Assembly (NCBI GenBank): GCA_964619725.1
Contig: CAZUFC010000003.1
Location: 78,423 to 142,422 of the forward strand
Source of the DNA: an uncultured bacterium
GTDB lineage: Bacteria; CSSED10-310; CAZUFC01
Length of the DNA stretch: 64,000 nt
Direction of reading: 5' to 3'
Made by a program: the position numbers and the translations under genes. The notes beneath the pieces were generated by a model that was given only the letters and a program-made list of their open reading frames with translations, had not been told where the DNA came from and ran no database searches. Position 1 is the first letter of the stretch; every line of letters starts with the position of its first letter. Below, one piece after another: positions 20,149-28,026 of this stretch.

Positions 20149-20826
20149 ATGCTTTCTGTCATTATTCCAGTTTACAACGAAGAAAATACCCTCGAAATCA
20201 TAGTAAGGCGTTTGTTGGACCTGAAACTGGACCTGCAAATCATTATCGTCGACGACGGTTCCGACGACGCTACCCCCCTCGTTATGGATCGTCTCGCCAA
20301 TACCCCGAAAGTCATTGCCCTCAGGCATAATGAAAATAAAGGCAAAGGCAGCGCCGTCATAACCGGCCTTACTCGCGCCCAGGGTGAAATTACCGTGATC
20401 CAGGATGCCGATCTCGAATACGATCCCATTGACCTTGTTACTATGTACCATTACATGACCGAAAAAAAACTCGACGTTCTCTACGGTTCAAGGATTCTGG
20501 CCGGCTCCTCCATGTCCCACTTAAGATTCTGGCTGGGTGGACGACTAATAACCTTTATCACTAATCTGCTTTTCAAAAGTCATATCACGGATGAACCAAC
20601 CTGCTATAAAATGATCAGAACTCCACTGCTGAAAGATTTGAAACTGGAATCAACAGGATTTGAATTCTGTCCGGAAGCGACCGCCAAGATATTGAAGAGA
20701 AATATTAAAATTCCCGAACTGCCTGTAGCTTATTACCCGCGCAAAAAAAGCGAAGGAAAAAAAATAAATTGGCGCGACGGTTACCGGGCCGTGATCACAC
20801 TCCTCAAATATAAATTAAAAAAATAA
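20149..20826 (+). CDS. Glycosyltransferase family 2 (polyprenol-phosphate glycosyltransferase/DPM1-like)
   Basis: LSVIIPVYNEE, VDDGSDD, NKGKG, QDADLEYDP, TDEPTCYK. Confidence 0.92.
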   Translation: MLSVIIPVYNEENTLEIIVRRLLDLKLDLQIIIVDDGSDDATPLVMDRLANTPKVIALRHNENKGKGSAVITGLTRAQGEITVIQDADLEYDPIDLVTMYHYMTEKKLDVLYGSRILAGSSMSHLRFWLGGRLITFITNLLFKSHITDEPTCYKMIRTPLLKDLKLESTGFEFCPEATAKILKRNIKIPELPVAYYPRKKSEGKKINWRDGYRAVITLLKYKLKK

Positions 20827-21039
20827 TCAAAATTTTCCGAGTCATTCCCTCCAGAGAAACATAGGATTCCTGCAAATTAATGTCAAAGGGCAGAAAAGTG
20901 TGAAACAGAAAAATTACACGTTCGCGTAAAGTTACCCCTCTGCAGAACTGAATCTGCAAAAAAAGCGACTCCCTTTAAATCTTCTTGCTTGTTTAATGCA
21001 GGGCACGCAACCCGTTGATGAAAATCTTTACCGGTTTAT

Positions 21040-21921
21040 TTATTCTTCCGGAGCCAATCCTTTCTCAATCAAAAATGAAAGGTCTTCCGTCTTTATTCTT
21101 CCAGAAGAACCGGAGCCGTTTCTGTAAATGTGTCTGATCGACTTTTTCAATTCATTGATGTTGCCCGGCCAGGGATAATCCATCAATAATTGCATCGCTC
21201 CATCGGTGAATCCCCTCAATTCCTTGCCGTATTCCTGGTTGAATATCTGAGTGAAACGGTTGACCAGATGAGGAATGTCGTTGACGCGCTCACGCAAAGG
21301 CAATAATTTGAAATCCAATACATTTAACCGGACGTAAAGTTCCCTGTTCATCATTCCCGTATCGACAAGCTTCGATAAATCGTCCGTTGTGCTGCCTATC
21401 ACTCGATACTTATCCGTTATCGATCGTTTGGAAAGTCCCCTCAAATGATCCAGGAAATAAATAGTCGTCTTCTGAAAATCAGCTTCCAGATGCTCGATGC
21501 CGTCCAGATAAATCGTCACTAGTTTGTCCAGGTAACCGGCTGCAGGCGGATTGTAAAAATAATCCGTTTCGATTTTTATTATCCCTTTACGCTCGTATCT
21601 TTTTAATAGCTCCATGGACAAAGTCTGACGCTCATGGACATGCTGCAATATCTTCTCCTTCTCCCTTGAAGGCAATTCCTTGCACATCTTCCTGCATGAA
21701 ACGTCCACAAAATGTTTTTTCGGCGCCGCACTCTGATTATGAATAACACGCGCTAAAAGTTTCTTGCCTGTTCCCACTTCGCCATACAGCATCAACGGTC
21801 CGTCAATGCGCTTCGAAATGTCGGCAAATTCCACCATCTTCTCGATGAATTTCGTGCTTCCCAGAATGTCCTTTACCGTATAACCGTCCCTTCGCTTTTT
21901 CGTTTTCCGCACTTTGTTCAT
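21040..21921 (-). CDS. Stand-alone degenerate sigma54-activator AAA+ domain (no GAFTGA, no Walker B Glu, no HTH)
   Basis: GEVGTGKK, FVDVSC, IYLDGIE, RELYVRLNV, LRER and WPGNINEL are retained; the GAFTGA loop is replaced by unrelated sequence. Confidence 0.8.
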   Translation of the reverse strand: MNKVRKTKKRRDGYTVKDILGSTKFIEKMVEFADISKRIDGPLMLYGEVGTGKKLLARVIHNQSAAPKKHFVDVSCRKMCKELPSREKEKILQHVHERQTLSMELLKRYERKGIIKIETDYFYNPPAAGYLDKLVTIYLDGIEHLEADFQKTTIYFLDHLRGLSKRSITDKYRVIGSTTDDLSKLVDTGMMNRELYVRLNVLDFKLLPLRERVNDIPHLVNRFTQIFNQEYGKELRGFTDGAMQLLMDYPWPGNINELKKSIRHIYRNGSGSSGRIKTEDLSFLIEKGLAPEE

Positions 21922-22028
21922 AACCTTTGCTTCCTTTCCTATTGCTTCATCGATGCCGACGTACCCTTCTACTGTTCCTCATCAAACGAATACTCATAAA
22001 AATCTTCGCTCAATCGAAAATTATCCTT

Positions 22029-22286
22029 TTAAAATAATTCCAACGGAACTACAAAATTAAAAAGCTCTTCCCAGAATCCAGCAGGAGCATATCCGCCGTC
22101 CCCTTCTTCCTCTTCGTCTCCCGTATCACCGGATGAATTGTCTCCGTTTCCCTGATCGTCATAATTGGAAGGATCCATTGATAATGCTCCCCCTCCGTCA
22201 GCATAAATGCTCTCCAAAGCTCCTCCGACAAGGCAAATCACCAGCATTGCCGTCATTACGGAAATTATAAGTTTGTAATCTCTCAC
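22029..22286 (-). CDS. Small secreted acidic peptide (85 aa)
   Basis: GTG start after a GGGGAAG RBS; signal-peptide-like N-terminus ending IYA; D/E/G-rich middle; hydrophobic tail GFWEELFNFVVPLELF; sigma54 promoter just upstream. Confidence 0.7.
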   Translation of the reverse strand: MRDYKLIISVMTAMLVICLVGGALESIYADGGGALSMDPSNYDDQGNGDNSSGDTGDEEEEGDGGYAPAGFWEELFNFVVPLELF

Positions 22287-22365
22287 AGCATCTTCCCCCT
22301 TTCAGGAACTCCTTTGTTTGTCGGTTTTTTCATTTTTTGAAATTGAAAATCCCGTCTATGCTAAA

Positions 22366-22382
22366 AGCAATAACTGTACCAA
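22366..22382 (-). promoter_or_regulatory. Sigma54 (-24/-12) promoter
   Basis: Minus strand TTGGTACAGTTATTGCT has exact GG-N10-GC spacing and is close to consensus TGGCAC-N5-TTGC; 80 nt upstream of the peptide gene. Confidence 0.8.
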
Positions 22383-22411
22383 CAGCAAAAAAAGAGTTAA
22401 AAAGACTGAAA

Positions 22412-22424
22412 AAACAATGACTTA
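22412..22424. promoter_or_regulatory. Putative IHF site
   Basis: AAACAATGACTTA has one mismatch to WATCAANNNNTTR and sits in an A-tract between the sigma54 promoter and the candidate enhancer. Confidence 0.4.
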
Positions 22425-22553
22425 ATAAAAAGACGCGTTTCCAGAGTCTTAAAATGAAAATTTCTGCCTCCATCATCAAGCAAAAGAACGTTACAAAAAT
22501 TTATTCAAGTTATTGAATTTAAAGGGAAACGAATAAAAAGAACAAAACTTTAC

Positions 22554-22574
22554 AATGTCACAAAATATAACATT
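22554..22574. promoter_or_regulatory. Candidate upstream activator sequence for the sigma54 promoter
   Basis: Imperfect palindrome AATGTCACA-AAA-TATAACATT (TGT-N11-ACA) about 175 bp upstream of the -24 element. Confidence 0.4.
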
Positions 22575-22594
22575 TATAAAAAGAATTCATGGAC

Positions 22595-25500
22595 TCAATG
22601 TTGCTTTTTGGGCCAGGGAATTCTGTATTCTTCCATTTTTCTGTCAAGCGTCGGTCGAGAAATGCCAAGGACTCTGGCAGCATCAATTTTTCTCCAACGA
22701 AGTTTTTTGAGAGTTCTTTGGATGTGTTTTTTTTCCATTTCAGCGAGAGAAAAGAGTTCATGCTCTTCTGTTTCGTCGACTTCTTCAACGGAGACGTTTT
22801 TAATACGAGGCGGAAGGTCTTTTCTTTTGATGAGCGGCGGTTTTCCGTAGACGACGGCGAATTCGACAACGTTTTCTAGGTCTCTGACATTCCCAGGCCA
22901 ATTATATTTTTTAAGGCATGTAATGGCTTCTCTGGTAAAGCCCTTGAACATTTTATTCATGCGTTTCATTTTTCTGGCGAGGAATTCAGCAGCAAGGATG
23001 GGGATGTCGTCTTTTCTTTCCCGGAGAGGGGGAAGCCGCAGGGGTAGCACATTGATGCGGTAGAAGAGGTCTTCCCTGAAATTACCATTTTTGACTTCTT
23101 TGATGAGGTCTTTGTTGGTAGCGGTAATGATACGGACGTCGACTTTACGTTTTTTACCGGCGCCGAGCTTTTGAATTTCTCCGTCATTGAGCGCTCTGAG
23201 CAATTTTGATTGAACGATGAAATTCAACTCAGCGATTTCATCGAGGAAGAGCGTGCCGCCGTCAGCGATTTCGAAGGCTCCTTTTTGATCTCTGTAAGCG
23301 CCGGTAAAGGAGCCTTTGACATGTCCGAAAATCTGGGATTCGAGCAATGATTCCGGAATAGCGGCGCAGTTAACAGGGTGAAAAGGTTTATCTCTTCTGG
23401 CGCTGTTCAGGTGAATGGCTCTGGCGAAAAGGTCCTTGCCTGTGCCCATTTCTCCTTCAATGAGGACCGTAGAATCGCTTTGAGAAATGTTGGGCAATTG
23501 TTTAAAAAGGTCCAGCATTTTTTTGCTGTTTCCGATGATAAGGTTCTGATAGCTGTATTTTTGTTCCACGTTCTTTTTGAACAGGAGGAATTCTTCCTGT
23601 TGCTGCTTGTAATAATTCGATCTGTCGATGGCGACCGCGGCAAGATTGGCGAAAGCGGAAAGAAAATCCCTGTCTCTTTCGCTGAACAAGTCCTGACTTT
23701 TTCTGCTGTCGACGTAAATAGTACCGATGATTTTATTTTCGATGAACATAGGGACGCACAGAAGCGACAATATATTGTACATCTGAACGCTTCTGAATCT
23801 GAAGAAACGTTCGTCCGACAGGGCATTGTTTGAGAATAAGGGTTCATTTTTTTCGAGTGTGGAGCGGACGATGTTTCTGCTGTAGTCCTTGGCGTCCTCC
23901 ATGGTTTTAGGGTCCAGATTCTTGGTAACCTGAGGATAAAGTTCACCGCTGCTGTCGTCCAAAAGAAATATCATGCCTCTTTCGGCTCCCACAAAACGAA
24001 TGGCCTGTTCCAATATACGTTCCAGCAGGTCTTCCGGCTCGGTTAAAGAATTAAGAATCGAAGCGATCTGAGAAAAAGTGTCGAGCAGCACGTAAACGTC
24101 TGTTTGCGTTTTAGTCTGCATCTCGCTTTCAATTTTTTTCACCAGCCCCTGAGCTTTAGCCAGCTCCGATTGAGCTTCCAGACGCTGGAAATTGTCGACA
24201 GCATTTTTGGAAAATCTCAACGCTTTTTCATAATCCTTCAATTCTATAAAAAGATTGGCGAATGTTAAATAAACGCGACTCAATCCCGCCACCGAATCCA
24301 GTTCCTGGAAAAATTTGAGCGCTTTATCCAGGTCGCTTCTGGCTTTATTGAACTGCTTCTGTTTCAGCCGGATTTTTCCGAGAAGATGATGGATTTCAGA
24401 AGATTCCATTTTATGGCCGACTTGCTCAGCAAGCTCAAGCGCCTTATCGCATAAATCAACGGCCTGATCCACATCATCCTGCGCCAGCTTTACCTCTGCC
24501 AGTATCCTCGTGTTCTTCGCCAGATTCTTGCCGGCCTCCATTTCACTGTAGAGGTTGATCGATTTGTTGAGGAACTTTTCGGCCAGGGGATATTCGCCTT
24601 TCTCTTTGTATATGTTGCCGATATGCGAAAAACAATCCGCCATGCCGCCCTGATCCTTGGAACGAATCCAGATTTCCAGGCTCTCGTTGAAAAACTTCAA
24701 CGCATCATCCCAGCGTCCTGTTCGCTGCTTCAGAAAACCCAAATTTAAAAGATTTCGCGCTATCTCAATGTGCTGATTATACTTCTCCGCCAAACTCAGC
24801 GCCTTCCTGAAACAGCTCTCCGCTTTTTTCCACTGTCCTATATCCTCGAACAACAGTCCGAGATTGGTGTTGGAACTTATGATCAGGCGGTGATCGTTCA
24901 TTTTTTGGCCGATCATTATGGCCAAATTGAAAAATTCCTCAGCCTTCGCCACTTCGCCCAGTTCCCGATGTGTGTTGGCTAAAAATTGATAGATTTTCGC
25001 CAGTTGAAAAAAATTCCCCGTTTTATGGAATATCTCCAGGCTGTAATTAAAGTGTTCGAGAGCTTGATGATACTGACTTTTTTTGAAAAAAACCAGTCCC
25101 AAATTTAAATAATTCACCGCCCGTACATCGATATTCTTGTTCGCATCCAACAAAGAAAGAGCCTGACGATAAGTGTCCCTCGCATCATCAAGTTTTCCCA
25201 GAGAAAGATAAGCGCTTCCCATAGCATTATATATTTTGCTCTTCTGAAGGTCCATCTGCTTTTGACTTTTGACCTTGCTGAGCGTCTCTTCGCATATTTC
25301 CAACGCTTGATCGATTTCCCTTTTTTCAATATGCTGCCAGGCTAAATCCATCTTTAATGAAACGCCTGTTCGACTCTTGCTCCAATCGGGAAGAACCTCC
25401 AATCCCTTCTCCATAATTTCTCTGGCTTTTTCCGCGTTCCCTTTTCTTTTTTGCAGCCTGGCAAGATTCATGTAGAGAGAACTGATTTTCTCCGCGGAAA

Positions 25501-27904
25501 ATTTGCGGTTTTTAACTATCTGAAGAGCCTTATTGTAAGCATCTTCCGACTCGCTGTACCGCCCCGTTCGTCCCAGTAACTGGCCCATGGATTTCAGCGC
25601 CTCAAATTTGTGTTTCAGCGCTCCTTTTTTCCTCATCATTTCCAGGGACCACTGATAATAGGTCAATGCCTGCTGGATATTATAAATCGACGCAGACTGA
25701 TGACCGGCTCTCAGCGCATACAACGCCCCCTTCTGATAATTGTTCGAATGGTAATGATGGTAAGCTAGGTCTCCCGCCTTCTTCTCCTGATCCTCTTGAG
25801 TCTTCTTCTCATAATATTTGGCGACTCTTTTGTGGTACAATTCTCTCGTTTTTTTATCAATCGCCGAATAGATGTATTCTTTCATCGGAAGATAACTGAA
25901 CCTGTATCTTAAATCGCCGTTGGCGGATACCGTCGTGATCAGTCGCCGGTTCATCAGCTTCGAGAGACTTTCCAATACCAGGTAGGAATCGATGTTGGCC
26001 AAACCCACTATGTCCTCCACCGTGAAATCGCCCCTCAATACTGAAGCATGACGAAGCAATTCCCAATCCGTTTTGAATAAACCCTCCAGACGTCCCTCCA
26101 TCGATTGCTGTAAAGATTGTGGAATTTTATGCTGCTTGGATTTTCCGGATTGAAATATCCAGCTTTCCCCACGTAACTCGATGACTCCCTTCTCGATCAT
26201 TGAATAGAGTATCTCTTCAACAAAAAGAGGATTGCCGCTTGTCGCCTTGTACGCCTCATCCGTTATCACTTCTTCAAAATTCGCAGCGCCGAGCATCGAC
26301 GAAAGCATCTCCTGCGTGCTCTTTTTGTCGAAAGGTTCAAGGTTCACCACGTTCGAATACAAATCCTCGCTATGAACCGACTCTCTTCCCGGCGAACCCA
26401 TGCCCGAACGCGTTTCGAAATAATCGTCGTCCATTGTCGCCAGTAACATTAAATGACAACGATCCTCCTTGTCAGTGTAATCCTCGTAGCGGTTCAACGT
26501 GTTCAAAAAATACTTCAGATAATCCAGGCTGCTCTGATCAGAAAAATGAATATCCTCTACCGCCAACACCAGCGGATCTACGCCGTTCTGAGGGTCCACG
26601 ATTCTTTTAGTCATCTCCCAGATAAAATGAGATAAACTCTCAAAGAGAAGTATCTTGTCCTTTTCAGATTTGATCTCTAACGGCTGATTCCGCAAAGATG
26701 CCTCTTCACTCTCGTAAAATTCCGGCGCCAAACGGCTCAATTGTACCTTGTACTTTTCAAGTATGCCGGATGCCTCAGCCCCCAAATACTTGACCATCTG
26801 ATTCAGCAATTCAACTATCGTCTGATAAGCTTTGTCTTCATCATGATGACAAACGCTCTTGAAAATCCGCGCTCCTCCTATCTGCACCTCGCGCTCAAAC
26901 TCATTAAGAAGCCGCGTCTTCCCGACGCCGAACTCTCCCTTTATAAGACAGGATTGAGGCTTATTGTTCTTTACTTCCGATAAATACCGCTGAAGAGCCG
27001 AAAACTCCTCTTCGCGACCGATGAAACTGCTGTAAAATCTGAAAGTCGTCGGAGTCAGTATACGCTTCGCTTTCATCGGAGTCACCAAATCTCCCAGAAC
27101 CTCAGTCGCATGCCGATATCGGAGAGCCGGGTCCTTCGCCAGCAATTTCTGAATCACCCCACTTAAACGCTGGGGCACCTCCTCGTTTATCTCTCGCGGC
27201 GGCGAAACCTCCTTTTCCAAATGCGCCATGCCCGTCTTTAACGGCGTATCCATCAAAAAAGGATTCTTCCCCGTCACCAGCTCATAAGCTACTACTCCCA
27301 GTGAATATAAATCCGCTCGCTGATCCACCGGCTTGTTCGAAAAATATTCCGGCGCCGTATACCCTAAATTGCCGCGCAGCGTCGAAGCCCCCTTCTTCTG
27401 ACTTAAAAGCTTGAACCAGCCCGCATGACCGAAATCCACCAGCTTCACGCTGTATGAACGACGGGCTTCGCCCGCTCCTGAATTCTGAAGCAATATGTTC
27501 CCCGGATTTATGTCGCCGTGAATTATACCCAACCTGTGCATGTAAGACAACGCCTGGCATATCTGGACCATTAAACGGGAAAATAAAAAATAATCTGGCC
27601 GCCGCGCCTCAATCGCTTCCGTCATCTTCGGACCCTTGATATGCTCCATCGTGAAAAATACCCGGTAGCCGCTCAATATCCCGCCTCGATAAAAATCAAA
27701 CGCACGCACGATGTTGGGATGACGTAATTGTGACAATATGCGATACTCGTTCTCCAGCGCCTTCACTTCTTCTTCCTCCACCGCCGTCTTCAGTATCGCC
27801 TCGCGCTCCTCGTAATCATCCCGAACAAGATAAAGATTGCCCCATCCCCCCTGGTCAATCTGCTCGATTATCTTGTATCTGCCCCCTAATATCACGCTTT
27901 CCAT
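22595..27904 (-). CDS. Ser/Thr kinase - STAND NTPase - TPR array - GAF - sigma54 activator AAA+ - Fis HTH fusion (1769 aa)
   Basis: Kinase: GGWGNLY, HGDINPGN, DFG, YTAPE, ADLYSLG. STAND: FIGREEE, GEFGVGKT, VEDIH, SGNPLFVEE. Long TPR array. GAF: AERGMIFL...IGTIYVDS. Activator: GEMGTGKD, GSFTGA, LFLDEI, WPGNVRDLEN. HTH: AARVLGISRPTLDRKM. Confidence 0.93.
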   Translation of the reverse strand: MESVILGGRYKIIEQIDQGGWGNLYLVRDDYEEREAILKTAVEEEEVKALENEYRILSQLRHPNIVRAFDFYRGGILSGYRVFFTMEHIKGPKMTEAIEARRPDYFLFSRLMVQICQALSYMHRLGIIHGDINPGNILLQNSGAGEARRSYSVKLVDFGHAGWFKLLSQKKGASTLRGNLGYTAPEYFSNKPVDQRADLYSLGVVAYELVTGKNPFLMDTPLKTGMAHLEKEVSPPREINEEVPQRLSGVIQKLLAKDPALRYRHATEVLGDLVTPMKAKRILTPTTFRFYSSFIGREEEFSALQRYLSEVKNNKPQSCLIKGEFGVGKTRLLNEFEREVQIGGARIFKSVCHHDEDKAYQTIVELLNQMVKYLGAEASGILEKYKVQLSRLAPEFYESEEASLRNQPLEIKSEKDKILLFESLSHFIWEMTKRIVDPQNGVDPLVLAVEDIHFSDQSSLDYLKYFLNTLNRYEDYTDKEDRCHLMLLATMDDDYFETRSGMGSPGRESVHSEDLYSNVVNLEPFDKKSTQEMLSSMLGAANFEEVITDEAYKATSGNPLFVEEILYSMIEKGVIELRGESWIFQSGKSKQHKIPQSLQQSMEGRLEGLFKTDWELLRHASVLRGDFTVEDIVGLANIDSYLVLESLSKLMNRRLITTVSANGDLRYRFSYLPMKEYIYSAIDKKTRELYHKRVAKYYEKKTQEDQEKKAGDLAYHHYHSNNYQKGALYALRAGHQSASIYNIQQALTYYQWSLEMMRKKGALKHKFEALKSMGQLLGRTGRYSESEDAYNKALQIVKNRKFSAEKISSLYMNLARLQKRKGNAEKAREIMEKGLEVLPDWSKSRTGVSLKMDLAWQHIEKREIDQALEICEETLSKVKSQKQMDLQKSKIYNAMGSAYLSLGKLDDARDTYRQALSLLDANKNIDVRAVNYLNLGLVFFKKSQYHQALEHFNYSLEIFHKTGNFFQLAKIYQFLANTHRELGEVAKAEEFFNLAIMIGQKMNDHRLIISSNTNLGLLFEDIGQWKKAESCFRKALSLAEKYNQHIEIARNLLNLGFLKQRTGRWDDALKFFNESLEIWIRSKDQGGMADCFSHIGNIYKEKGEYPLAEKFLNKSINLYSEMEAGKNLAKNTRILAEVKLAQDDVDQAVDLCDKALELAEQVGHKMESSEIHHLLGKIRLKQKQFNKARSDLDKALKFFQELDSVAGLSRVYLTFANLFIELKDYEKALRFSKNAVDNFQRLEAQSELAKAQGLVKKIESEMQTKTQTDVYVLLDTFSQIASILNSLTEPEDLLERILEQAIRFVGAERGMIFLLDDSSGELYPQVTKNLDPKTMEDAKDYSRNIVRSTLEKNEPLFSNNALSDERFFRFRSVQMYNILSLLCVPMFIENKIIGTIYVDSRKSQDLFSERDRDFLSAFANLAAVAIDRSNYYKQQQEEFLLFKKNVEQKYSYQNLIIGNSKKMLDLFKQLPNISQSDSTVLIEGEMGTGKDLFARAIHLNSARRDKPFHPVNCAAIPESLLESQIFGHVKGSFTGAYRDQKGAFEIADGGTLFLDEIAELNFIVQSKLLRALNDGEIQKLGAGKKRKVDVRIITATNKDLIKEVKNGNFREDLFYRINVLPLRLPPLRERKDDIPILAAEFLARKMKRMNKMFKGFTREAITCLKKYNWPGNVRDLENVVEFAVVYGKPPLIKRKDLPPRIKNVSVEEVDETEEHELFSLAEMEKKHIQRTLKKLRWRKIDAARVLGISRPTLDRKMEEYRIPWPKKQH

Positions 27905-28026
27905 TTTTTTTAATCTCCTTTCGGATTTTTATCACAATTATTGTAACGAACTTTTACGCAGAAGACAAAGTGATTTTTGAGGTTTCAAGGGAAATTTTTA
28001 ATTTTTTTTTCGAAAAAGTGCAGGTT

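Noticed and set aside
22595-27904. Giant STAND protein as a classic Avs anti-phage effector
   Set aside because: Its output is a transcriptional activator rather than a nuclease, TIR or similar toxic domain, and the neighbourhood is not a defence island; a sensing role in defence is not excluded.
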